A DNA stretch of 48,985 nt from Phycisphaeraceae bacterium (lineage in GTDB: Bacteria > Planctomycetota > Phycisphaerae > Phycisphaerales > Zrk34), in NCBI GenBank assembly GCA_040905565.1, contig JBBDRF010000089.1:1-48985 (forward strand), given 5' to 3'. Shown in pieces: positions 37,621-48,038 of the stretch. How positions within the stretch are numbered: the stretch's first letter is position 1; each line of letters starts with the position of its first letter. Below the pieces are notes generated by a model that saw only the letters and a list, made by a program, of their open reading frames with translations, was not told where the DNA came from and did not search any database. Both the position numbers and the translations under genes were made by a program.

Positions 37621-38463
37621 ATGCGTGTATTGCTGACGGGGGCGAGCGGTCAACTCGGTGGTTACCTGATGCGTGAACTGCAGGAGCGTGGGGAGCAGGT
37701 ATTCGCATGGTCGGGGCGTCGGGATGTGGATCTGACCGATGGGTCTGCGGTCAGGCAGGCGTTTGAGCGGGCGCAGCCGGACGTGGTGCTGCACACCGCA
37801 GCGATGTCCAAGCCGACGGATTGCCATGCGCATCCCGATCAGGCGCAGCGGGTGAATGTGGTGGCGACCGAACGGCTGACCGAACTGGCGGACGCAGCGG
37901 GGGCTCGCATGATTTTCACATCGACCGATCTCGTGTTCGACGGCGAGGAGGGGATGTACCGCGAGGAAGACACGCCGAAGCCGATGAGCGTCTACGGCCG
38001 AACCAAGCTTGAAGCGGAGCACGTGGTGCTCGGCTCGCAGCGGGCGATGGTGGCGAGACTGAGCCTGCTGTTCGGCCCAGGCGTGACGGGCGTGCGGACA
38101 TTATTTGATGAGCAGGTCGCCACGATGCGTGCGGGGAAACCGGTGCGGCTGTTTTCCGATGAATGGCGCACGCCGTTGGCGCTGCCGCTGGCCGCTGAGG
38201 CGCTGGCCGACGCGTGCAGTTCGGACGCGTCGGGCCTGTTCCACCTCGGCGGCGGCGAGCGCGTGAGCCGACTGGAGATGGGCCGCCTGATGGCGCAAAC
38301 GCTCGGGGCCGACCCCTCGTGCCTTTCGCCGTGTAGCCGACTGACGGTGAGTTCCGACGAGCCTCGGCCTTGTGATGCGTCGCTGCGAACGGAGCGGTGG
38401 CGCGAGACTTTCGGGCCCGCCGTCGGCGCGGAGCTGAAGCCGGTGATCGCGTCGCTGATTTAA
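37621..38463 (+). CDS. dTDP-4-dehydrorhamnose reductase-family (RmlD-like) SDR
   Basis: LLTGASGQLG, STDLVFDG, YREED.P.P.SVYGRTKL, DEWRTP. Confidence 0.88.
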   Translation: MRVLLTGASGQLGGYLMRELQERGEQVFAWSGRRDVDLTDGSAVRQAFERAQPDVVLHTAAMSKPTDCHAHPDQAQRVNVVATERLTELADAAGARMIFTSTDLVFDGEEGMYREEDTPKPMSVYGRTKLEAEHVVLGSQRAMVARLSLLFGPGVTGVRTLFDEQVATMRAGKPVRLFSDEWRTPLALPLAAEALADACSSDASGLFHLGGGERVSRLEMGRLMAQTLGADPSCLSPCSRLTVSSDEPRPCDASLRTERWRETFGPAVGAELKPVIASLI

Positions 38464-38591
38464 TTGACCGTGTCGGCGTGCAACGTTACGTTGAAAGGTG
38501 AGGCAGTTATGAAAACGCGGCGTCGCCCCGGCATGACCAACGGCTGAGGTGCGCTGCGGTGAGCGTCAATTATTTCCAGGAGTCTCCCGCG

Positions 38592-40565
38592 ATGAGCGAC
38601 AGCGAAACCCACGCCAATGTCTTTGACGATCTGCTCCACGAACAGCGGGAATTCCCGCCGCCTGCAGAGTTCGCGAAGCAAGCCGTGGTGAACGACGATT
38701 CGCTTTATCAGCGAGCGGCTGAGGACTACGAGGGCTTCTGGGAAGATCGCGCGAAGGAACTGGAGTGGTTCAAGCCTTGGGATAAGGTCATGCAGTGGGA
38801 CCCGCCGCACTGCAAATGGTTCCTCGGCGGGCAGCTGAACGTCTCGCATAACTGCATCGACCGGCACCTCAAGAGTTGGCGTCGCAACAAGGCAGCCATC
38901 GTGTGGGAAGGCGAGCCGGGCGATCAGCGGACGCTCACCTATCAGCAGCTGCACGAAGAGGTCTGCAAGTTCGCCAACGCCATGAAGAACCTCGGCGTCG
39001 GCAAGGGCGACCGTGTCGCGATCTACATGCCGATGGTCCCCGAAGCGGCGGTCGCCATGCTCGCCTGTGCCCGCATCGGCGCGATTCACAGCGTGGTGTT
39101 CGGCGGCTTCTCGCCCGAATCGCTCTCCGACCGCATCAACGACAGTGCGTGCAAACTGCTCATCACAGCCGACGGCGGCTGGCGTCGCGGACAGATCGTC
39201 CCCCTCAAGAACGATGCGGACAAAGCCCTCGCCAAGACCGAGAGCATTGAGAACGTCGTCGTCGTTCGCCGAAGCCACGGCGAGCCGTTCAAGTGCCACA
39301 TGCAAGAAGGCCGCGACCACTGGTACCACCGGCTGATGGAAGACGCCTCCGCCGACTGCCCCGCCGAGCCGATGGATTCCGAGGACGTGCTCTACATCCT
39401 CTATACCTCGGGCACCACGGGCAAACCCAAGGGCATCGTCCACACGACAGGCGGCTACTCCGTCGGCACGCACATGACCACCAAGTACGTCTTCGATATC
39501 AAAGAAGACGACATGTACTGGTGCACCGCCGACGTCGGCTGGGTCACCGGCCACAGCTACATCGTCTACGGTCCGCTGCAGACCGGCGCCACCGTCCTCA
39601 TGTACGAAGGTGCCCCCAACTACCCCGACAATGACCGCTTCTGGGATATCTGCCAGCGTCACAAGGTCACCGTCTTCTACACCGCCCCCACCGCCATCCG
39701 AGCCTTCATGAAGTGGGGCGACGACCTCCCCGCCAAGTACGATCTCTCCAGCCTCCGCCTGCTCGGCAGCGTCGGCGAACCGATCAACCCCGAAGCGTGG
39801 ATGTGGTACCACAAGCACATCGGCGGCGAGAAGTGCCCCATCGTCGATACCTGGTGGCAAACTGAAACCGGCGCGATCATGATCAGCGGCCTCCCCGGCG
39901 TTACCACCATGAAGCCCGGGTTCGCAGGCCCCGCCATGCCCGGCATCGAAGCGACCATCCTCGATGAAAGCGGCGAGGAAGTCGAAGCCGCCTCCGGGCT
40001 GCTCGCCGTCACCAAACCCTGGCCCGCCATGCTCCGCACGATCTGGGGCGACGACGAACGCTTCGTCGAAACCTACTTCAGCAAGTGGGACAACAAAACC
40101 TACTTCCCGGGCGACGGTGCCAAGCGCGACGAGAACGGCAACTTCATGGTGCTCGGCCGCGTCGACGATGTCCTCAACGTCTCAGGCCACCGCATCGGCA
40201 CCATGGAAGTGGAGTCGGCACTGGTCGATCACCCCTCCGTCGCCGAGGCTGCCGTCGTCGGCCGGGCGCACGAGGTGAAGGGCCAATCCATCGTCGCCTT
40301 CGTCACCGTACGCGGCTCCACGAAGATGACTGACGAACTGAACAACGAACTGCGTCAGCACGTGGCCGAGAAGATCGGCGCGATCGCCCGCCCCGAGCAG
40401 ATTCTCTTCGCCGCCGACCTGCCCAAGACGCGGTCGGGCAAGATCATGCGAAGGCTTCTGCGTGACGTAGCTGAAGGCCGCACCCTCGGCGACACCACCA
40501 CCCTCGCCGACCCCAACGTCGTCGAAGCCCTCCGCGACGAGTACGAAGAAAAAGAAGCAACGTAA
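38592..40565 (+). CDS. acs: Acetyl-CoA synthetase
   Basis: [52 protein letters not shown] before ATG 38592. Confidence 0.97.
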   Translation: MSDSETHANVFDDLLHEQREFPPPAEFAKQAVVNDDSLYQRAAEDYEGFWEDRAKELEWFKPWDKVMQWDPPHCKWFLGGQLNVSHNCIDRHLKSWRRNKAAIVWEGEPGDQRTLTYQQLHEEVCKFANAMKNLGVGKGDRVAIYMPMVPEAAVAMLACARIGAIHSVVFGGFSPESLSDRINDSACKLLITADGGWRRGQIVPLKNDADKALAKTESIENVVVVRRSHGEPFKCHMQEGRDHWYHRLMEDASADCPAEPMDSEDVLYILYTSGTTGKPKGIVHTTGGYSVGTHMTTKYVFDIKEDDMYWCTADVGWVTGHSYIVYGPLQTGATVLMYEGAPNYPDNDRFWDICQRHKVTVFYTAPTAIRAFMKWGDDLPAKYDLSSLRLLGSVGEPINPEAWMWYHKHIGGEKCPIVDTWWQTETGAIMISGLPGVTTMKPGFAGPAMPGIEATILDESGEEVEAASGLLAVTKPWPAMLRTIWGDDERFVETYFSKWDNKTYFPGDGAKRDENGNFMVLGRVDDVLNVSGHRIGTMEVESALVDHPSVAEAAVVGRAHEVKGQSIVAFVTVRGSTKMTDELNNELRQHVAEKIGAIARPEQILFAADLPKTRSGKIMRRLLRDVAEGRTLGDTTTLADPNVVEALRDEYEEKEAT

Positions 40566-40582
40566 CCAGCGCGCGTCTGCCA

Positions 40583-40743
40583 ACGAGCCGCGCCCGTGAC
40601 TAAGCGGTTGTGCGTCCTTGGAGAGCCGGGTTGTCCCCAACCCGGTCGTGCCAGAAACATTTTCAAGTGCTGGCACTGGTGGGCGAGTCCTGCGCCCACG
40701 CCGGGCCGTTACGCCGGTCCGCTCCTTCACGGTCGCGGCTCGT
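40583..40743 (+). repeat. REP-doublet/MITE-like element, family B copy 3 (diverged)
   Basis: acgagccgcgcccgtgactaagcggttgtg ... ccgctccttcacggtcgcggctcgt; interior unrelated to copies 1 and 2. Confidence 0.82.
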
Positions 40744-40819
40744 ATTCCGGCATCTCACGCACGCCCTGCGTAAGCGGTGCCTTGGCGGCTCCCCCGGCCA
40801 CGGGTACGATGGGCGGACT

Positions 40820-42364
40820 ATGCCTGATCCAACCCCCTCAAAGAACCAGCAGGCCGGCGGCAACCCCGAAGCCGACCGGCGCGTGAAGCTCCAGCGCTTG
40901 CGCGATGAATTCAACGTCGACCCCTACGGCCAGCGCACCGACGCGCTCACCACGCTCGCCGGCGCTCGCGCTCAGTACAACGCCGAGGCCGACGCAGCCC
41001 AGAAGGCCGACGCCGACGACGATCGCCGCCCCACCGTCAAGGTGGCCGGCCGCATCGTCCTGCACCGCGATATCGGCAAGCTGGTGTTCCTCACCGTCCG
41101 CGATCACACAGGCGATCTGCAGATCGCGGTCAACAAACGCCACGTCAGCGAGCAACCTTTGAAGCTGGCCAAGCTTGCGGACCTCGGCGACATCGTCGTC
41201 GCTGAGGGGCGGCTGGGCACCACGAAAACCGGCGAAATCACCATCTGGGCAGCCGGCGATTCGGGCTTCGCCATCGCGACCAAGTCCCTCGCCCCGCCTC
41301 CCGAAAAGTGGAGCGGTCTCAAGGATGCGGAGCTGCGCTACCGCAAGCGCTACGTCGATCTGTACACGAACCCCGAGGTCATGCAGACCTTCGCCAAGCG
41401 CAGCCGCATGGTGAAAGCCGTGCGCGATTTCCTGTATGAACCGCCCGCGGAACTCGGCGACGGGTTCATCGAAGTTGAAACGCCGATGATGCAGTCGATC
41501 GCCGGCGGAGCCGCCGCCCGGCCGTTCGTCACGCATCACAACGCGCTCGATATCGACCTGTTCCTCCGTGTCGCCCCTGAGCTCTACCTCAAGCGCCTGC
41601 TCGTCGGCGGCATGCCTCGCGTGTTCGAGATCAACCGCAACTTCCGCAACGAAGGCATCGACCGCTCGCACAATCCCGAATTCACGATGCTCGAACTCTA
41701 CCAGGCGTTCGGCGATTACAACGCGATGATGCAGCTCACAGAAACGCTTATCCATCATCTGGCGACGACCATCGCCGGGGATGAGAAGCTGCCCTACGGC
41801 GACCTAGAACTCAGTTACGCCCTGCCGTTCAAACGCGTGAAGTATCACGAAGTGTTTGAGGAGGTCAACGGCTTCCCCGCTTCGGACGCGAAGCTGCTGG
41901 CGGCCCTCGCCGAGCGGCACCACATCGACACGGCCGGCAAAGATCACGACGTGCTGCTGAACGAAGTGTGGGAGGAGACGGTCGAGCCCGCGCTGATTCA
42001 GCCGACCTTCGTGATCGACTACCCCGCAAGCCTGTGCCCGCTGACCAAAACCAAGCCGGGCAACCCCGCGATCGCCGAGCGGTTCGAACTGTTCATCGCG
42101 AACATGGAACTGGCCAACGCCTACACCGAGCTTAACGACCCGGACGTGCAGCAGGCGAACTTCGAGCAGCAGGTGGCGGGCCTGGATGACGAGGAAGCGA
42201 CGTTCCGCACGACGGATCACGATTTCCTCGAATCCCTCCGCGTCGGCATGCCTCCCGCCGGTGGGCTGGGCGTCGGCATCGATCGACTGGTGATGCTGCT
42301 GACCAACGCCCGAAGCATCCGCGACGTCATCCTCTTCCCCCTGCTCCGCCCTAACATCACCTAG
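40820..42364 (+). CDS. lysS: Lysine--tRNA ligase (class II)
   Basis: [59 protein letters not shown]; start trimmed to ATG 40820. Confidence 0.97.
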   Translation: MPDPTPSKNQQAGGNPEADRRVKLQRLRDEFNVDPYGQRTDALTTLAGARAQYNAEADAAQKADADDDRRPTVKVAGRIVLHRDIGKLVFLTVRDHTGDLQIAVNKRHVSEQPLKLAKLADLGDIVVAEGRLGTTKTGEITIWAAGDSGFAIATKSLAPPPEKWSGLKDAELRYRKRYVDLYTNPEVMQTFAKRSRMVKAVRDFLYEPPAELGDGFIEVETPMMQSIAGGAAARPFVTHHNALDIDLFLRVAPELYLKRLLVGGMPRVFEINRNFRNEGIDRSHNPEFTMLELYQAFGDYNAMMQLTETLIHHLATTIAGDEKLPYGDLELSYALPFKRVKYHEVFEEVNGFPASDAKLLAALAERHHIDTAGKDHDVLLNEVWEETVEPALIQPTFVIDYPASLCPLTKTKPGNPAIAERFELFIANMELANAYTELNDPDVQQANFEQQVAGLDDEEATFRTTDHDFLESLRVGMPPAGGLGVGIDRLVMLLTNARSIRDVILFPLLRPNIT

Positions 42365-42412
42365 CCCCCGAATCGGCCGGGGGATCCCAACGCAATTTTC
42401 CGGGAGATAATC

Positions 42413-43234
42413 ATGCGTTGCATTCATCGACTTCTGCTTGCGGTTCTGCTGGTGATGGTGCCCTTGGCCCTCGCACCTCTGCCGGGCTCCGCGGCCCCGC
42501 AAGACAACCAAAGGGTGGGGCCGAGCACACTCGTCGTCCTCACCTACAACATCCGTCACGGCCAAGGCACGGACGGGCAGGTCGATCTCAAGCGGATCGC
42601 CGAGGTCATCGAAGCCAGCGGTGCGCATGTTGTGGCGTTGCAGGAGGTCGACAACGAAACCGCGCGCACCGATGGCGTCGACCAGGCGCGCGTTCTGGCC
42701 GAACTGCTGCACATGGACCACCACGCGTTCGGCCCCGCCATTGATTTTCAGGGCGGGCAGTACGGCAACGCAATCCTTTCTCGCTACCGGATTGACGAAA
42801 CTGAGAACATCCGCCTGCCGCAGGTGAACGCTGGCGAAGCCCGGGCCGCCCTCACCGCACGAATTCGCCTGCCGGACGATCGCACCTTCACGCTGGTCGC
42901 CACGCACCTCGATCATCGCGATGAAGCCAACCGCCTCGCACAGATCGATCGGATCAATCGGAGGTTCTCCGACGACGCCCGCCCTGTGATCCTCGCCGGC
43001 GACATGAACGCCGAGCCGGGCACCCGCGAACTGGTGACGCTGACCGAGCATTGGGAACGCGCCTGCGAAGACGATCCCGCTTTCACCGCTCCCGCCGAGG
43101 CCCCCACCGTCCGCATCGACTACATCTTCGTACGCCCCGCCGACCGCTGGGAAGTCCGCGACGCCACGGTCATCGAAGAACCACTCGCCTCAGACCATCG
43201 CCCGCTTCGCGTCACGCTACAGTTACGCAACTGA
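42413..43234 (+). CDS. Secreted endonuclease/exonuclease/phosphatase (EEP) family protein
   Basis: Signal peptide; LTYNI, ALQEVD, YGNAILSR, THLD, LAGDMN, RIDYIF, SDHRP. Confidence 0.92.
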   Translation: MRCIHRLLLAVLLVMVPLALAPLPGSAAPQDNQRVGPSTLVVLTYNIRHGQGTDGQVDLKRIAEVIEASGAHVVALQEVDNETARTDGVDQARVLAELLHMDHHAFGPAIDFQGGQYGNAILSRYRIDETENIRLPQVNAGEARAALTARIRLPDDRTFTLVATHLDHRDEANRLAQIDRINRRFSDDARPVILAGDMNAEPGTRELVTLTEHWERACEDDPAFTAPAEAPTVRIDYIFVRPADRWEVRDATVIEEPLASDHRPLRVTLQLRN

Positions 43235-43409
43235 GCCATGATGCTCGGTGGCTTTCCCCCCACCTGAAATGCTACCACCCCCGGGAGCTTCCCCGCATTC
43301 GGCCACCGCACTTCCCCCCGCGGATCTCGGCCCATTCCCCGGTCATCGCCTGCGCCGCCGGGTTTATACTCAGCCCGTCGAATCTTTTCACGCCTACGGG
43401 GGGGACCCG

Positions 43410-44159
43410 ATGCTCAGAAATGCGTCTTGCCTGATCGTCACGCTGATGCTCGCCGCCGCCAGCGCCACTACCGCCCAAGCCAGTTGGATTGATGCCGAGA
43501 AGCTCACAGGGCAAGGCAATCTTTCGCTGCATGACAGCTTGGCCGTTTACGATCCGCAACATCAGCAGACGCACTTCGCGCCGCAGTCACTAGGCACCGG
43601 GAGCGTCTCACTGGGGTCTGAGAACGCTGAAGTCTACCTCGACTACGATTTCTTCGACGCGTCCATGTACGAAGACGGGCACGTCGAACTGAGCATTTCT
43701 GCCTCAGGCGGCGGCGGTGATTTCACCAGCGCCGGCGCTTCGCTGACGGTCAACTTCACTACCACCGAAACGCTCAGCTATGCGTTTTCTCCGTGGTCCG
43801 CTGCGTTCCCCGAGTCCGGTTTCTCCGCCAGCCTCAACGATACCACCGTGCAAGGCCATCACGACCCGCTCGCGATCGACCTCGTTGACGGCAACTACTT
43901 CACCGACGACTGGCCCGCCAGCGGCGTGCTCGCGCCGGGCGATCACACGTTCAGCTTCACGTACAACGGCTCAGGCTATCGCGGCTACCCGTGGAGCTAC
44001 GATGCCGGCGTCGACCTCACGCTCACCGCCCCGCCGACCACCACCGTCCCCGAACCCACCTCCGCCGCTTTGCTCACCCTGGGCGCACTCGCCGCCCTCC
44101 GGCGCCGGCGAAATCGCACCACGATTAGCGGAAGATCAACATACGCCGTTGCATTTTGA
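43410..44159 (+). CDS. PEP-CTERM surface protein
   Basis: Signal ending TAQA; Ser/Gly/Thr-rich beta-type body; VPEPTSAALLTLGALAALRRRR. Confidence 0.88.
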   Translation: MLRNASCLIVTLMLAAASATTAQASWIDAEKLTGQGNLSLHDSLAVYDPQHQQTHFAPQSLGTGSVSLGSENAEVYLDYDFFDASMYEDGHVELSISASGGGGDFTSAGASLTVNFTTTETLSYAFSPWSAAFPESGFSASLNDTTVQGHHDPLAIDLVDGNYFTDDWPASGVLAPGDHTFSFTYNGSGYRGYPWSYDAGVDLTLTAPPTTTVPEPTSAALLTLGALAALRRRRNRTTISGRSTYAVAF

Positions 44160-44162
44160 GGT

Positions 44163-45149
44163 TCATCCACCGATCGCGGTCATGATTCGCAGCGGTGTGT
44201 AGGTGGTGCCGAAGACGTGATCGCGTGGTTTGTCGCGCAGCGCTTCTTCGAAGACATCGCGGACGGTGCGGGGCGGGGAAGCGTGGCGAAGGGCCGGTTT
44301 GAGATCGAGTTCGCCGTGGTTGCCGAGGCAGGGGCGGACGAAGCCGTCGGCAGTCAACCGCATCTTGTTACACGTCTCGCAGAAATGCTCGTCGGTCATT
44401 GCACTGATGAAACCGACCGTGATGCCCAGCTTTTTGAGCCGATAGTAGCGGGCGGGGCCGTGGCCCAGCTTTGCGTCCGGGAGCGGCTCAAGCTGGTCGT
44501 TTCGCTGCAGAATGTCTCGCGCCTGCTGGGCGGAGAAGAAGCGGTCAGGGCCGATCATCTCCAGTGAACTCAGCGGCATCAGCTCGATGAAGCGTGGCAC
44601 CAATCCTCGCTCCGCAGCGAAGTTGACGATGGGCCAGAGCTGCCCTTCGTTGGCGTTCTTGATGAGCACGGTGTTGAGCTTGATGCTTGGGAAGCCCGCC
44701 CGCCTGGCTGCGTCGATTCCCGCCAGAGCGTCCGGCAAACGGCCGTGGGTCAGCTGGTGATACAGGTCCTCATCGAGCGCGTCGAGTGAGATGTTCAGGC
44801 TGCTCACACCCGCGCGGCGGAGGTCGTCGGCGACGGGGGCCAGCAGCGTGGCGTTGGTCGTCATCGAGACGGATTCGACGCCCTGGAGTGCGCACAACCG
44901 CTGCACGAACGGCAGCACGTCGCGGCGCACCAGCGGTTCGCCGCCGGTGATTCGGAACCGGCGAAAACCGACGGAAACCGCCGTTTTAACGACGGAAATG
45001 ATCTCTTCGTAGCTGAGGATCTGGCCCTTGGGGAGCCAGTCGTGGTGGTCTTCGGGCATGCAGTAGCCGCACCGCTCATTGCACCGGTCAGTGATGGAGA
45101 CGCGAAGGTAGTCGACTTGTCGGCCGAATCCGTCCTGCATGATGCTCAC
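44163..45149 (-). CDS. moaA: GTP 3',8-cyclase (molybdenum cofactor biosynthesis)
   Basis: YLRVSITDRCNERCGYCMP radical-SAM motif, FCETCNKMRLTADG..RPCL, C-terminal MTAIGG. Confidence 0.96.
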   Translation of the reverse strand: MSIMQDGFGRQVDYLRVSITDRCNERCGYCMPEDHHDWLPKGQILSYEEIISVVKTAVSVGFRRFRITGGEPLVRRDVLPFVQRLCALQGVESVSMTTNATLLAPVADDLRRAGVSSLNISLDALDEDLYHQLTHGRLPDALAGIDAARRAGFPSIKLNTVLIKNANEGQLWPIVNFAAERGLVPRFIELMPLSSLEMIGPDRFFSAQQARDILQRNDQLEPLPDAKLGHGPARYYRLKKLGITVGFISAMTDEHFCETCNKMRLTADGFVRPCLGNHGELDLKPALRHASPPRTVRDVFEEALRDKPRDHVFGTTYTPLRIMTAIGG

Positions 45150-45188
45150 CGTTCCCCGGCCTGAGCGTAGCGCGGCGCCGTGATGCCG

Positions 45189-46622
45189 TCAGGAGCCGAA
45201 GCGGAAATGCTCGTGAGGTTGATGGGCGTCGCGCATGAAACTATCGAGTTTCTCGACGATCTCGGGATGGTCGCCGGCGATGTTCTGCGATTCGCCGGGA
45301 TCTTCCGCAAGGTTGTAAAGCTCGATCGGAGCGTTGCGGTCCTGGTTCGCGTTGAGCCTGACGGCCTTCCAGTTTTCGTGGCGGACGGCCTGCTTACCGC
45401 CCTGCTCGTAAAACTCCCAGTAGAGATACGGGTGGGCCTGCTGCTGATCGTGCTGACCGAGGAGGGTGGGGACGTAGGAGATGCCGTCCATGGCTTCGGG
45501 GACGGGCAGGCCGGCGAGTTGGAGGGCGGTCGGTGCGAAATCCCAGAACGCGGAGGGGTGTTCCGAGCGGGTGCCGGGTTCGATGGTGCCGGGCCACCAG
45601 GCGATGGTGGGCGTGCGGATGCCGCCTTCGTAGAGATCGCGTTTGCCGCCTCGGAACGGGGCGTTGGACTGGTGCATGTTGTAGTGGTAGCCGCCTTCGG
45701 TGTGCGAGCCGTTATCGCTGGCGAAGATGACGAGTGTATTCTCGGCCAGGCCGAGTTCCCGAAGCTCCTCGAGGAGCTGGCCGACCGCGTCATCGGCGTA
45801 AGCGACCATCGCGGCGTAGGTGGCCTTGGGATGAGACTCGGCGCGGTAGTGGCGGCCTTCGGGGTGCGGGGTTTCGTCGTCGAATTTGCCGACGAACCGA
45901 TCACGGAACTCCGCAGGCACGGCGAGGTCGGCGTGAGGCTGCTGCATCGCGAAGTGCAGGAAGAACGGCTCCTCAGTTTCCGAACGTTCCTTGATGTATC
46001 GCAGCGCGTCGTCGAGGAGCAGGTCGCCGGCGTACTGTTCGCCCTCCTTGCCCGAGTTGTCGGGATAGCTGACCGCTTCGCCGTTGCGCGTAAGCTGCTG
46101 GGGGTAATGGCGGTGGGCATCGCGGTGGGCGAGGTAGCCGAAGAAATGGTCGAAGCCCTTCTCGTTCGGCAGCGTGGGGTTGTCGGAGTTACAGGCGACG
46201 CCGGACTTGCCGATCATCGCGGTGTGGTAGCCGGCATGCTGCAGACGGCTGGCGATGGTGATGTCGTGCGGGTCGGCGCGGAACTCGATCTCGCTGCGGG
46301 GCGGGCCCGGAATCACGTTGCCACGCTGATAGACGCGGCCGGTGTGGTTGCCGGTGAGCAACGCGGCACGCGAGGGGGCACAGACCGTGGAGCCGGTGTA
46401 ATGCTGGGCGAGAAAGAGCCCTTCGCCGGCCATGCGATCGAGGTTCGGCGTGGTGAAGTTCTCCTGCCCGTTGAAGCTGAGATCGTTGTAGCCCAGGTCG
46501 TCCACGAGGATGAAGATGATGTTCGGCCGAAGCGCCTCGTCGGCCGGGGCAGCGGCGACGAAAAAGCTCACGGCGAAAACCGCAAACGCCAGGAGAATCA
46601 CGACGGGTTGGTGTTTCAACAT
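45189..46622 (-). CDS. Arylsulfatase (Cys-type, formylglycine-dependent), secreted
   Basis: RPNIIFILVDDLG, CAPSRAALLTG signature, GYHTAMIGK, SDNG, YEGGIRTP. Confidence 0.95.
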   Translation of the reverse strand: MLKHQPVVILLAFAVFAVSFFVAAAPADEALRPNIIFILVDDLGYNDLSFNGQENFTTPNLDRMAGEGLFLAQHYTGSTVCAPSRAALLTGNHTGRVYQRGNVIPGPPRSEIEFRADPHDITIASRLQHAGYHTAMIGKSGVACNSDNPTLPNEKGFDHFFGYLAHRDAHRHYPQQLTRNGEAVSYPDNSGKEGEQYAGDLLLDDALRYIKERSETEEPFFLHFAMQQPHADLAVPAEFRDRFVGKFDDETPHPEGRHYRAESHPKATYAAMVAYADDAVGQLLEELRELGLAENTLVIFASDNGSHTEGGYHYNMHQSNAPFRGGKRDLYEGGIRTPTIAWWPGTIEPGTRSEHPSAFWDFAPTALQLAGLPVPEAMDGISYVPTLLGQHDQQQAHPYLYWEFYEQGGKQAVRHENWKAVRLNANQDRNAPIELYNLAEDPGESQNIAGDHPEIVEKLDSFMRDAHQPHEHFRFGS

Positions 46623-46684
46623 ATGGTTTCAGTTCCTGCGACGTACTTTCGGAGTGACCCCCGGGGACACCATCGTACGGCAAC

Positions 46685-46728
46685 AAAAGGGCCCGCGCCT
46701 TGCCACGTTTGGTGGTGAGCGCGGGCCC
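46685..46728 (-). terminator. Rho-independent terminator
   Basis: gggcccgcgc ... gcgcgggccc stem; AAAA on the plus strand gives a U tail on the minus strand. Confidence 0.7.
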
Positions 46729-46756
46729 GGTGGTTCTGTCACGCGATCACGCACAA

Positions 46757-47854
46757 TCAGTCTGCGATCAGTTCGGCGATTTTGTCGGCGAACTTCGCGG
46801 GATCTTCCTCGTACTGGCCCTTGCAGTTGCCGCAGCAGAAGGCGACCTTCTTGCCGTCGACCATGACGGTCATGGCGGCGTCGATGGGCTCGCCTGAGAC
46901 GGGGCAGGTGTCGTTGACGGGCCCGTCGGCCGGCTCGGGGGTTTCGGGGGTTTCGGCGACTTCGGTGACTTCGACGGGGGCCCGGTTCTCCCAGCCGCGA
47001 TCGATCTCCAGCTCCGGCAGCGCTTCCTGGAGCTTGTTGGCACCTTCCTCGGTGACCTTGGTCTGCCAGAGGTAGAGCCGACGCAGATTCTCGAGCCCCT
47101 TGAGATGCTCGAGCCCGGCATCGGTGACGTTCTCAGCCTTGTAGAGGTTGAGGTAGACCAGCGACTCGAGATCTTTCAGGTGCGCCAGGCCCGCGTCGGT
47201 GACCGGGGTGTTGTCGAGACTGAGGCGGGTGAGGTTCACGAAGTTGCCGAAGTTCCGCAGGCCTTCGTCGGTGATGCGGGTGTTCGAGAGGTTCAGCCAG
47301 GCGAGCTGCTCGGCGACGGGCTGAAGGCGTTCGAGCTGCGAGTCGCCGATGGCGTCGGCGCTGGCGCGGAAGTCGACATTGATCAGGTTCGTGTCGCGTG
47401 CGAGGGGCATGGCGAGGGCATCGATCTGATGCAGGGCGGAGAGGGCTTCGGGGTCGGCTTCGGGGACGATGACCGGCCCGCCGGCGCCGTACTCAGCACC
47501 TTGGTTGATCCATGCCTTGATCAGCGCGATCTGCTCTTCGGTGAGCTTGTCGCCGCGGGGAGGCATGATGTCGATGTCGTCTTCGGGGAGGTCGACGCGA
47601 ATGGCGAGGTTGGACTCGTCTGCGTCGCCCGGCTCGAGCGAACTGCCCATTTCGCCGCCCTTAAGCATGCCCTGGAGGCTGTCGAGGCGGTATTCGCCGC
47701 GCTGGCGTTCGGGTCCATGGCATTCGTAACAGCGGTCCTGCAGGATGGGCAGAATCTGCGTGTCGAAATCGACGGCATCCTGTGCGAGTGCGGGACTGGC
47801 GAACACCACGAGCAACACGTGGAACATCGGAAGCAGAAGTAGACGCTGCGACAT
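46757..47854 (-). CDS. Secreted planctomycete cytochrome c + leucine-rich repeat + YHS/TRASH-like protein
   Basis: VDFDTQILPILQDRCYECHG (CxxCH) ... MPP..LIKAWINQGA; LRR units (LAWLNLSNTRITDEGL, LTRLSLDNTPVTDAGL, LRRLYLWQTKVT); C-terminal CPVSG...FCCGNCK. Confidence 0.88.
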   Translation of the reverse strand: MSQRLLLLPMFHVLLVVFASPALAQDAVDFDTQILPILQDRCYECHGPERQRGEYRLDSLQGMLKGGEMGSSLEPGDADESNLAIRVDLPEDDIDIMPPRGDKLTEEQIALIKAWINQGAEYGAGGPVIVPEADPEALSALHQIDALAMPLARDTNLINVDFRASADAIGDSQLERLQPVAEQLAWLNLSNTRITDEGLRNFGNFVNLTRLSLDNTPVTDAGLAHLKDLESLVYLNLYKAENVTDAGLEHLKGLENLRRLYLWQTKVTEEGANKLQEALPELEIDRGWENRAPVEVTEVAETPETPEPADGPVNDTCPVSGEPIDAAMTVMVDGKKVAFCCGNCKGQYEEDPAKFADKIAELIAD

Positions 47855-48038
47855 GTTGGTGGCCTCACAAAGACGATGAAGGAGTTTTTTTGACAAGAAG
47901 GTTCGTGCTATCGTGCCGCTTCTGGGCCGATGCTACTTTTTTCATGATAGCTTAAAGAATACCGTGCGGCCAGCATCTTTTATGGCAATGACGCGTCATG
48001 CAAAGCGCGTGGGCGCTGCTCGTCGAGACGCGGGAGCG

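Noticed and set aside
36060..37622. 520-aa minus-strand ORF
   Set aside because: Antisense shadow of queA.
13712..40743. Repeats as a CRISPR array
   Set aside because: Copies are dispersed inverted pairs, not tandem direct repeats with spacers, and no cas genes are present.
40610..40819. 70-aa N-terminal extension of LysS through repeat B3
   Set aside because: No RBS or coupling evidence; ATG 40820 gives a normal-length LysS, unlike the FliP case where the upstream ATG is coupled to fliO.
45180..46718. 512-aa plus-strand ORF
   Set aside because: Antisense shadow of the sulfatase.
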